A DNA stretch of 64,000 nucleotides. It comes from Geosiphon pyriformis uo1 (taxonomy: Eukaryota; Fungi; Glomeromycota). Each line of letters begins with the position of its first letter. Position 1 is the first letter of the stretch. Positions 37,401 through 49,290 of this stretch are shown piece by piece. Below the pieces are notes generated by a model. It searched no databases. It saw only the letters and a list, made by a program, of their open reading frames with translations, and was not told where the DNA came from. The stretch is from positions 314,347 through 378,346 of the forward strand of contig JAAOMT010000777.1 in the NCBI GenBank assembly GCA_016748015.1, in the 5' to 3' direction. The position numbers and the translations under genes are program-made.

Positions 37401-39192
37401 TTATTTCTGAGTGGCTCTTTGGCCACTCTCTTCTAATTCCATGGTGAGATTTCAATGTTTGCTGTTCTGGGCAAGTCAAGATTTCTTAGGTTTCTCTTTT
37501 CTCTTCAGTAGCATAGTATTGCTTTTGTTAACCAACTTTGTGATCATTATAGTGCTGTATTTAATTGGTATACTTTCAAGTGTTGGAAAAAATTAGATTT
37601 CTATGGTTCCGTTCCTGAGTGGTTCAAGCTTTCTGTTGCATTTCTTAATAGTGTGAGTTTTTTTTCTACTCTTCTCTCAGTATTACATGGTGTTGGACTT
37701 TTGAATATTCTTGAATCTAGTAATTTTGTGTCTGTTTGTGATCATCTCTCACAGACTGGTACTAGCAGCTTGTTAGTGTACATGAATGGGTCTCTTAGTA
37801 ATCTGGGCACAGCCAGCTGTAGAGCTGGTGTTGCTGCTTATTTTGAGGACATTGGTTTGGGTTTGGGAGTTAGTATGTCAGGTTTGATGTCATCTACATT
37901 GGCAGAATTGCAGGCTATTGCACTGGCTCTGGAATATGTCCCCTCATTGAGCTCTATTCAACTGTTTTCGGATAATCAATCTGTTTTAGATGCTTGTAAG
38001 TTGGAATTGGGGTTGGCATGTTCTGACTTTTGTAATCAATGTTGGGTCGAACATTGTCATATAGTCAATGTTATTTATGGTAAGAATTTGAGAATTAGCT
38101 GGCATAAGATAAAAGATTACTCTGGCATTTCAGAGAATGAGTGCACTGACACACTCGCTGGTGCCGCTTCTCTCTCTGATTGGTATCTTCCTCCTTGCCT
38201 GGATGAGCACTTCTTGATTGCTAATGGTGGTATTGTTTCTGGCAATTTTAGACATTTTGTCTGTGACATTTATTGTTCAGTTTGCCATACATGCTGGGAG
38301 ATTAGTTCTGGTTCTAAGTTTTTGGCTGGCAGTTTGCTATTAGAGGTTGATTGGTGTTGCTCATTATTGGTGTGGCATTCTGACTTGAACATGACTACCA
38401 GTTTTACCAGTAAATTCTCAGCTGATGCATGCACATATTTCATAAAAGCTTTGCATCATTGGCTACTGGTTGCTGTTCAGAAGTGTCTTTATAATAGGTT
38501 GTACTTTAGTGTGTTGTGCTTATATTGTGATGAGCTGGAGGTATTGGATCATGTGTTCTCTTGTAAGATTGATGAATCTGCTTGGCATCATTTGTTGGAG
38601 TCTCATGTGAATTCCTGAAAGGCAGTTTCTGGTCTTTCTCATTCTTTTTTGGACATATTGCAGCTGTTGTCATCTTACATCTCTGATTTTTCTGTGTTCA
38701 TGGCTCTTTATAAAGGTTTTGTTTTTGATGATTGGTTTTGCAAAGTTGTTTCCATCTTCCATAATCCCAAGGTTGCCAGTTTGGAGATTGTCAAATTTGT
38801 GTGTTCTCTTGGTCTTGTGTTCAGAACTGGTGTCTGGTCAATTTGTGCTAAGCATCGTGCTTACATGGAGAAGAATGGGTTGATTCCAATTGATGGTTTG
38901 GCTGTCATCTCAGTTCCTGGTTTGGCTTCAAGGTTTTCTACTGGTGTGGTTAAATTACTTGGTATAGCTGATGCTGTTGGTGTTCATTTTGGCTTTTACA
39001 AGTCTTGTTTGTTTTTTTTGGTATAGATAATCTAGTGTCTGTTCATATAGCTGTGTAGTGTTGTTCTGATTGGCCCGAATGGCTGGTCACATGTAGAAAA
39101 TACATAATTTACACCTAGTTTAGATTATTTCTTTGATGTATAGCACTAGGTCATGTTTGGACCTTACTTGTTAAGCATAATAAAAAAAAAAA
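31419..39192 (+). mobile_element. LINE-B: near full-length non-LTR retrotransposon (ORF1 with RRM/zinc-knuckle-like region; ORF2 APE-RT-RNase H-CCHC), inactivated by stops and frameshifts
   Basis: APE motifs CNVRGINN, TETK, GGDFN and TDH; RT FVDDT; RNase H (Y.NGS, ELQAI, W.KIK.YSG...NE); C-terminal CLYC..DHVFSC; poly(A) at 39182-39193; putative TSD AAATAAT(A/G)G at 31410-31418 and 39191-39199. Confidence 0.88.
31585..32445 (+). mobile_element. Solo LTR of the same family as the Gypsy at 43967-54191, inserted in the start of LINE-B ORF1
   Basis: TGTTAC...GTAACA termini, 4-bp TSD TTGG on both sides, and homology to both LTRs of the full element. Removing it restores the LINE reading frame (DLVGFSTDK-LVSVLAGL). 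Confidence 0.9.
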
Positions 39193-42100
39193 ATAATGGT
39201 TTTTTTATTGGTATAATTAATTTTAGAATAAATAAAAATATAGGTCTCCTCTCCCTTCCTCTTAATATTTCTTTTAACAAGAAGTGAATTGACTTTAAGA
39301 TAATAAAAACTCAAGTTAAAATGACTGTTAAAATTTTTTTTACATTAAACATTAATTTTTCAGCTATAAAGGAAAAATTGGTGATAGCAAAAACTTAATT
39401 TATTAGAAAAAATTTTTCATTAATTAATGGTTTTAGAAGAGCCACTATTCTTTTAAAATTTGAAAAAATCATTAAATTGATATTTACTTTAGAAAAAAGC
39501 ATAAAAAAAACTGTATTATTGGTCAAAAAAAAAGAGATTATTGTAAACAACAATGTTAAAAACCAAAAATTTTATTCAAATTGGAGTGTAGTTATCAAAA
39601 AAATTCTCATAGATACACCAAAAGAAATGATTATTGTTATAGTATTTAAATTTGGTTAAATTGTGTTTATTAAATTGGAATTTATTAAGCTATAACAGAA
39701 AGCTATAGTGGAGTTTGCCAAATCAGTTTAAGCAGATTAATTAATAGTTAAATAATTATTTCTAATTGGAAAAGATTTAATGTACATAGCAAAAACCATA
39801 GAAGATCATAAAATTTAGATGTCAAGAAATTGATTTAAGATGCTTTTGTTTATTCTGTCTATAAAAACAACTGCTTATAATCTTAGAAGCTTGTTAAAGA
39901 AGACTGGTAAAAAAAAACTTGTATTATTAACTATTTATTTAAATTTGGCAATAGAGTTACTGTACAGTAATTGAATTTGATTCAAAAAAGAAGTTGGAAT
40001 CAGCTTTTTATACAGAGCCTATTCTAAATGATATTAAATTATCTTAGATTAGAATGAATTTGGTTTATTGTAAAAAATGTGAGTGTTTTGGTTATTTATC
40101 TTTTAAATATGATTCTTTAGACCCATCTGTCTTTACTTCAAAAAAAGTTTATAAAATAAATGTTTCAAATAAAAACTGTCTTTAGTTGGCCTATTTTTAC
40201 ATGAAAAAAATATTTTCATTATCTCTCTTGTTGTCTTTAATGGCAAATTCTAAACACAAATAGTCTTTTTAACTATCAGTTTTACAAGCTAAATGGTATA
40301 GAATTGGTACTTTTCATATCTGTTTTTTTTTTTTTACATTGGTAGATTTTTTGGCTTTTGATGTAAATATAACTTTGAATCTAATTACAAACATTCTTAT
40401 AATGTCTCTTTTTTACATAAAATTGAACATAGTTCCAAATAACTCACAAAATTTGTTTACTTTTCCTTTATTGGCAGTAACAGAAATTCTAGTTTTGGAC
40501 TTGAACAGTTCAAAAATTCTGACCACCAAGATTGGAGATTTGGAATCTAAAATGATTGCTCTTAAAGTTTTTATTAGCTTAGTTTTAACTAAGTTGAATC
40601 AGTTGTATGCTAACTTAGATTTTTTATTATTTTTATTATCTTAATAACTAATTTAATTTAGAAGTTTGCTATATGTAATATCAAAAACATAAACAATTCT
40701 GTTAAGCAAAAAAATATTATTTATTGATACAAAGTTAAAAGTAATTCAATATTTATTGTTACAGAAACAAAGCTAAAAGAGAAAATTCATTTCTAAATAA
40801 TAAACAAATTTAATAAGGTTAGAATCTTTATTTTAGATATTAATTTCAATTATCTGAATTCTGGTGTTGTTGTGATAATTAACAGTAATATTGTTAAACA
40901 TATTTACAAGATTTCAAAGATAGCTGGTCAGCTTTTGTTAATATATCTGCTATTTAAAAATAGTCTTTTTGTTTCTATTATGAGTTTATATGCTAAAACT
41001 ACTCTGAAAAAAAGGTTAACTCAATCTTATAAGATTAATTCAATGGTGGCTAAGACTTTAAAAAATAGTGTTTTTGTGGTTCCTGGTAATAATTTCAACA
41101 AAAATAATTCTGGTTACAGTGCAAATTTCAAGAAATTTTTGAATATAGAATTATACAACTCTTTGAATAGTTTTTTAGTGTATTAAACACTTATGTGATC
41201 CAACTTTAAAAATGCTAATAAGTGTATAAACTTTATTTTAATTAGTAATAGTCTTTAGAATTTATTTATTAATTAACAAATTTATAGTTTGGATGAGTTT
41301 TTTAATACTAATTATATGGTTGTTTTAATAAATATTGGTTTGAAAAAACTTCTGAGCTCTTAGCTTATTTTAATATACAAACAAACTATCAAAAATAGGT
41401 AAAAATTCAAAGTCAATAATATTAACAAAGAGGTTTAGAAGAAATTTAGAAATCTGTCACTAGTTATTGCTAATAATTTTAAGAGTTGTAAAAAAAATCT
41501 AACATTAATAGAATATAAAGATTGCTTAACCAAGTAGTAAGCTTTACTGCTAAAGCTGCTCTTTTGAAAATATAGTACAAAGATGAAAATATAATCAAAT
41601 ATGTCATATCTTTTAAGTTTTATAAGCTGAAATTGTTAGTGTTTAAGATATTAAAAGCATATAGATTGAATAATTTAAAAAAATTTTAGGCTTTATTTAA
41701 TAAATGATTTAAATTAAATTTTGATTAAATAGTTAAGTTTAGGAAATTTTTTGATGATAACTGCAGCAAATTTTTGATCAAACAATTATTAACCCATTTT
41801 AAAAAGTGTTATAAGTCTTATAAAATATGAAAAGCTAAGATAGTTGAAGATTCTTATATTAAGATTACTATTACTAAACACATAAAAACTTTTGTCAATA
41901 ACAAAAATCAGATAATAAAGAGTATACTAAAACAGCCTTTTAGAAAGATTGTACTGAATTATTTGGTCAATAATAGTAATTTAGTTTTGAAACTTAATTT
42001 GTTTAAGTGTAGAATTAATTCAATTATAAAAAATTGGACCAAAAAATATACTGTTAAGAATTCTATTTTTTTTAATTGGCAGAAACAATTAATACTTTTT

Positions 42101-43966
42101 GACTATATTGAGGATGAAACATTTTTTGGTATTATAAAAACTATTAGTCTTGATGAATTTTTGTTGATAATTAAAAATCTCTCTAATAGTAAAGCTGCTG
42201 AATTATCTGATATTTCTAATAAGATGTGGAAGCATTATAACAAATATATTTTGTTTCTTTTTTTAAGTTTATTTAATTTGTGTTTGATAATAAAATCTGT
42301 TTCTAATATCTGAAAAAAAATTTGGGTATTAATAATTTTGGAGTCTTATAAATGGAAAAGAGTCTTAACAAATACCAAACCAATTATTTTTATTAAAACT
42401 ATAAGAAAAATTCTGTTAAAAGTTTTATCTAATCAGATATCTAAAGTTTGTAATAAGTATAATGTTCTATAGGGAGACAATTTTTTGGTTTTAAAGAATA
42501 TATTAACTTAGTTTTTTATCTTTGCTGTTGGTTTTGTAATAGAAAATGCCTTAAAAAAAAGGAAAAAGATCTGATTAGTGCTCCAAAATATGCAAAAAGC
42601 TTATAATTTAGTAAACTGATTACATTTAAAAAAAAATCTGAAAAGAATCAAAATGTGTGCAAAATTTATTAAATTTTTTGGTCATATTCACAATAGCCAC
42701 AAGAATAAAGTAATGATAGATTTTGGTTTGTTTAAAAATTATATGATTAATAATAGGTTAAATTAGAGTAAAGTTTTTTCACTTTTTTTCTGGAGAATTT
42801 TTTATGATCTTCTTTTATATAAAATAAAAAAGCATAACTTAATTTTTGGATACTGCATAGATTCCAAATTTGTTGTTAAAACTGGCAAAATTAAATTTAA
42901 TACAAATTTGATCTTTTTTTTGGCTGTTAATACTTTTGTGAATAATATGATCTGAATTGGTAATTGTTATACAACTACACAGAATATCTTAAATATTGCC
43001 AATAAGTTTTTAATATTATAAACATTTTAATAAACACAAAAAAGACAGTAGCTATTCTAATAAATTCAAGATCTAATAATGCTTTTTTGAATATAAGTGG
43101 ATTTTTTATTTTGATTACTAAAGCTAATAAAACTCATTAGTATTTGGATATCTTTTTGTTAATTAAAGATTTTTTTAATCTAAATATAAAAAAAAGCAAT
43201 TTAAATATGAAGTTTTTTTTGTTGATAGTCTTGTATAAAGCCATATTAGACAAATAGTTTTTTTACTTGGTTATAGCAGTTTTGCAACTAATTATTGAGT
43301 ACAAAACTCAGTTTAGTTTTGTTAATAAAAGTATATATAACAAATAAAACTGTCTAATTAAAAAAGATTTAAAAGCCAAAACCAATTTATTAAGTAATTT
43401 TTTTAATAAAGTTATATACTATTATTATTGTACAATTTAAAATCTTTTGAGCAGATCTAAGTAAAAGAAAAAGTGGCATTAGTTATGCGTTTTATTAATA
43501 CTAAAGATATTTTAAGTTGGCTTTTTTAACATAAATTGCTAAACTTACAGATATTAAGTTGGGTTTCTTAGAATTTTTTCAATTTTTTATTAGGTTAAGA
43601 GTTAATTTTGCAAACAATTTTCTTGCTGGGATAACTTGAACTTTTTTATGCAATAATATTTCTCTGAATAATAGTTTGTTTAATGCTTTTTATCTTAAAA
43701 AAGAGTTCTTGTTATAGATATTTTGGGTCAGGTAAAATATTTTCAGATTTTTAAATTTCTTAAGCATTTTGGCATAATTTTTGCAGATTAGTTTTTGAAC
43801 AGCCATGGTAAATGTTTTTTATGGAAGAATTTTTACCATTAAAAGCAATTAAATCTTAGGGGTTTAATTTTTTTTTAGTTTATATAAGTTTTAGAGTTTG
43901 TTAAAAATAGTAATTTGGTTTGTGGTCTTTTGGCTGTTCTTAAACTTTATTCTAAATTGTGCATGT

Positions 43967-44899
43967 TGTTACAAGTGATTATTTCTGTTGTGGAATTGAG
44001 TAACAAACCCGTAATTTGATGCTCAAAAGCTACTTTTGTGGATGATGTGCAGAAGGTATGGTATCTGAAGGTTTTGGTTGATCTGAAGGTTTTTGTTGTG
44101 AAGTTCTTTGTATAATGGACAGAGATTCAATAAGATTGATAGTGGTTGTATTCTCAAGTGGTTTCCTCAATTTTTTTCTTAGTGTGGTGGCTGGATTTAG
44201 TCTGGCAGTCGTGCCCTTCTGGTAAGCTATCCGATAATATATATAAAATCCTACCCTTATTTCTGGGTTTTTTACCAAGCTATTCTTGATGTCAATAACT
44301 CAGTGCTTAATCTTTTAATCAATTAGTATACAACAACAAAATCAAAGAAAGAAAGGAAATAAAATAAAAAAAATAAAAATAAAGAAAATAAAGAAAATAA
44401 GCCAAGGCAATTTGGTCTGTTAGTATCTTGTCAATAGCCGTGATCAAGAGCTATTATTCCAGCATGATTAAGTAGCAATTACTATCAACATGAAGTGTTG
44501 ATAGTGGATAGTGGATTGAGATATGGAATAATTATTTATTTGATGATTGGTTTCTTGGCTAAAGATTCTGTGATATCGATTCTGTTTTTTTCTGTTTTTA
44601 ATACTACTGCTATATATACATAATTGGAATTCCTCAATTCCTCAATTCTTCATGACAGGAATCCTGGAATTCTTGGAATCCTGCGATTCCTTTGAGAGGA
44701 ATCCTGGAATTCTGGAATCCTACAATTTCTCATTGGGAATTCTGAAATTCCTGAAATCCTGCAATTCCTCATTGAGAATCCTGAAATTTCTGGAATCCTG
44801 TAATTTTTGAGAGGAATTCTGGAATTCCACATTTACTATGCTTACTTCTGATTGGCTAATAATTATGCTAATATATTTCCTATATTTCTATGAGTAACA
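43967..44899 (-). repeat. 3' LTR of the Gypsy element
   Basis: TG...CA ends; direct repeat of 53309-54191. Confidence 0.9.
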
Positions 44900-47800
44900 T
44901 TATTCTCTTCTTTTAATATTGAGCTCTATCAAAATCTAACTCATGTAATTTCCCCTCTTGAAGTATTTCCTGGATTTTATTTTCGAGAATTACTTGTGTT
45001 ATTTGGGTCTGTAATTCTTCAAATTGAGCATTGGTGATTTTTCCCAATTGATTACTGGTAACCCTATCCATTGCTCTATTGAGCAATATTTCTGGTTTAT
45101 CTTGAAATGCTGTATGTATTCGGTATATAGCTCAGGCTTGTGTGGATAAGTTGTTCTTTTCCAAAAAATATTCTAATTGTTGTAGTATTTTTTTGTTGAA
45201 TAATTGCTTTGTTTTATCCGTATATAGATTCTGGATATTTATGTGTTGTCCCAAGTAAAAATAACAATAGTTTCGTGGAAATTGTTGTATCCACCAATTC
45301 CAAGTTTCTTTAGTCAACTCTTGATATAGTGACTCTTTTGTCGATTTTTTTATTGCTACTTTTACTTTTGCCATGATTTTGTCCACAGTATTTTCAGTTT
45401 TCTTCTGTGTTCTGAGTTGAAATGTCTTTCTAGTATTTTGATATCGAATGGTTTGTTGATTGATTGTAATCTCCATTTCCTGGTGTTGGATTAATTGAAA
45501 GAATTGTTGTGCTAGTGAGTGAATGTTGTCTGTAATTTCCATTTTTTTGATATTTCCTGTTGCATCTACCATGTCTTTATATATTCTTTTAATGGATCAA
45601 TTTAACATGTTGTTGTTGATAATAATGATTGGTTCCAGATCTTGTGGAATCTCATCTGGTTGAACTAGTATTCTCTGTACTCCTAATTGTGGAATATTAC
45701 TGGTAGATGGTAGTGTGATGTTGTGATATGGTTTCAGTCGATCTCCATGTGCTGCTTTGGTTAAAATTTTGTTATCCAATCTTAATTTGTAAGCTCCATT
45801 CCTAGAATTTCTTTTATGTGAAATGGTCCGTTCCATTTGGAGTCAAATTTTCCATTTCATTGTTTTTCTGCTTTAGTACGATGTAGTAATAATTTGTCTC
45901 CGATCTTGAATTCAACTGATTTGTCTGGTAGTTGACTATTGTGTCTTTCTTTCTGTGTTTTTTGTGACTTTTGGATATTATCAGCTGCTCTTTTTTGTTT
46001 GTTTTCCAATGTTTCCATTAAGTTATATGTTCTTCTTAGCAATATTTCTTGAAAATTTTTCTCTGTTATTGGTTCAGCTGGATATGTATTAATTTCTCTT
46101 TCTATTGGTAATGTTGCTATTCTTCCATATACTAATTTAAATGGTGTTGCTTGTGTAGTATCCTGTTTTGTTGTCCAATAAGCAAATAGTACTGATGGTA
46201 TGAACAAATCCCAATCATTCTGGTTTTCTTGGCTGAGCTTGGCTATTGCTTTACACAATGTTCTGTTGAATCTTTCTATTAATCCATTGGTTGTGGATGG
46301 TATGGTGATAATAATGGTCTCTTGATTCCAAATCTTTGGCTCAATTCTGTTAATGTTCTGTTTACAAAATGAGTTCCTTGGTTTGATAATAATTCTTTTG
46401 GACATCCATGTCAACAAATCAAATCCTGATGAATAAATTCGGCAACGGATTCTGCATCCACTCTTTGAATTGCTTTTGTCTCTGGCCATTTAGTGAGATA
46501 ATCCATAGCTATTGCTATGTATCTGTTTCCTCTGCTGGTAATTGTTAATGGTCTGACTAAATCAATTCCCATATGGTCAAATGGTTGTCCTACTTTAATT
46601 GGTCTTAATGGTTTACTGGGTCTTGTTCCTCCTTTTCGCTGACAATCATCACAATTTTGAACATATTGAATGATGTTTGGGTACATTGATAGCCAATAAT
46701 ATCTTTTTCTAGTTCTTTTCATGGTTGCTTCTTTGTGAAAATGTCTTGCTGTTGGATTTGAGTGCATGTTAAATAATATTGTTTTTTTTTCTGGCTCCGT
46801 AATTATTCTGGTTGGTTGATCTGGATCCCTTCTATTTTTCTGATAAAGTATATTTTGGTGAGTGATAAAATATTTTGATTGTTGTTTGATACTCCTTCGT
46901 TCCATATGAGATAAATTCTCCTTAAACTGTTGAGTGTTTAAATAATGTTGCAATTGTTGATATTTTTGTATGTTCATCTTTTGTTGTATTTTTCCATTGG
47001 TATTGTTCTGGTTTTATTATATTTTTGGGTTGAAATGTTCTTAGATTTGTCTTATTCGCAATAAACCGTCAGCATTTCCATTGTCTTTTCCTTTTTTGTA
47101 ATGTATAGTATAATTGTATAGTGCGAGTGCTATTTTCCATCTTGACTGTCTTCCATCTCCAAATTCTTGTTTTTGGAGTGATGTTAATCCCTTGTGATCT
47201 GTGTATACTTCAAACTTCTGGCTCAAGTATTCTTTCCATTTCATGATGGCCCAGTATATTGCTAAGTGTTTATGTTCCAGTGTTCCATAGTTCTTTTCAG
47301 CTGGTGTTAAACTTCTGCTGGCATATGCTACTAGATGTTTTCTGCCGTCCAGTTCTCTTTGAGATAATACTGCTCTCAATGCTTGGCTGGATGCACGGTG
47401 GTAATGATGAATGGTTTGCTGTAATCTGAATAGATCAGTACTAGAACTTGGATGAGCTTTTTCCTTAGAATATTAAAAGTTTCTTGTTGACTTTCTGTCT
47501 ATTCATATTTCGCATTTTTGTTTTGCAGTTGATTGAGTGGCTGTGCTATCTTAGAAAAGTTCTTGATAAAACGATGATAGTAACTGGTGAATCCCAAGAA
47601 TGATTTCAGTCCTGTTATATTAGTTAGCACTAGAAAGTTCTTTACTATCTCTATTTTCTCTGGATCCATTTTGATGCCATCTTTGCTAACTATGTGTCCC
47701 AAGAATTTGAGTTCTGTCTTGTCAAAGAAGCACTTTGTTGCATTTAACTTTAGTCCTGCTCTTCTTAGTCTTTCAAACACTTGTTGAAGATGATGAAGAT

Positions 47801-48859
47801 GATCATTAAACATCTTTGAGAATACATTGGTGTTGTCTAAGTATACAACTACTGATTTCCACAATAAGCCAGTATAAATAATTTCTATTAGCCATTGGAA
47901 AGTTGCTGGGGTGTTGGTTAAGCTGAATGGCATCACTTCAAATTCAAAATTCTCTTCTCTAGTAGTAAATGCCATTTTCTCTTTGTCAGCTGAATTCATG
48001 GCTACTTGCCAGTAACCACTATCAAAATCTAATGTAGAGAACTATTTGTTCCCACCAAAAGCATCAAATAATTCCTGTATTCATGGAGTTGGATAACTGT
48101 CTCCACGAGTTACATCATTGAGTTTCCTGTAGTCTACACAAAACTGGATTTTTTCATTTTTCTTTCGGACGAGTACCACTGGTGACGACTATAGACTCAT
48201 TGATGATTGAATTACCCCATTGTCAAGCATTCTGTTTATTTCTTGACAAATAATCTCATGGCTGGCTAGTGGTATTCAGTATGCTCTTTGTTTGATTGGT
48301 ATTGCATCTCCAGTTTTAATCTGATGCTGGATGATGTCAGTTTGGCCAAACTCATTTTCGCTGGCAAAGATGTCATTAAAATTGTTGAGTAACATCTTGA
48401 GCTGCATATATTGGAATGGATCTAAGTTTCCCATGTTCATTTGTTCCAATTGTTCTGGTTGGAGCAAATAATATTTGTCTCATCCATAGATTGTTTGTGA
48501 TGTGATGTCAACATATCCACAAAATTGTGGAAAGTCTGAAATGGGGTTTGGTGGTTGGTTTTCTATTTCTGTGGTTAAATATCCGATAGTGGTTCCTTCT
48601 GGTATGCTGATAACATTGCCAGTATTGTTGTAGATGAGAATTTTTATGCTGCTATAGTTTTTGGCTGGTATATGGAGATTGATCAACCCAATCTCTCCTG
48701 ATTCACAAAGGGTTGTTTCCGCTTCAAAAATCTGTTCTTGCTCCTTTTCCTTTCTTTCTATTGTTAACATGTACTGGCTATATGGTGGAATGGAAATAGC
48801 TTGACCAGTTGAGATAATTTCTCCTTGGCCAATAATTTTTTTCTCCGTCATATTAACTA

Positions 48860-49290
48860 GTATGTTTGTTCTACCCATTGATCCGAATCCTTGTATTCCT
48901 CTTGCTATTAGTCCTAATTTCTCCCTCTTTTCCACTGACACTAACTGAGCTACTCTAATCAGAGGCAGGAATATTGCCTGTCCTATCTTTTCATTGGGCT
49001 CTATTATATAGGTCTTTTCTGAGTCATTTTGTAGCATAGCGATGATATTTCCTACATATTCCGCGTTAATTATTTCTTCTTTTATATTGATTCCTCTTTT
49101 CGCTAAGCTACTCCTTGATGCTAATTGAATCATTGTTGTTGCCGGAATCTCTAGTGCTATTTTCAGATCAATACAGGTGTGTGAATGCGGTTCTAATTTG
49201 ATGACATCTTTTCTTGGATATCTCAGATCAAACCTTGCATCTGTATCATGCGCACATTTTGGCATAATACCTTCTCCATTGTCACTATAC
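48860..49290 (-). pseudogene. dUTPase domain within Gypsy pol
   Basis: AHDTDARFDL, IQLASRSSLAKRGI, IINAEYVGNI, EKIGQAIF and RGIQGFGS match trimeric dUTPase motifs 1-5, partly decayed. Confidence 0.85.
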
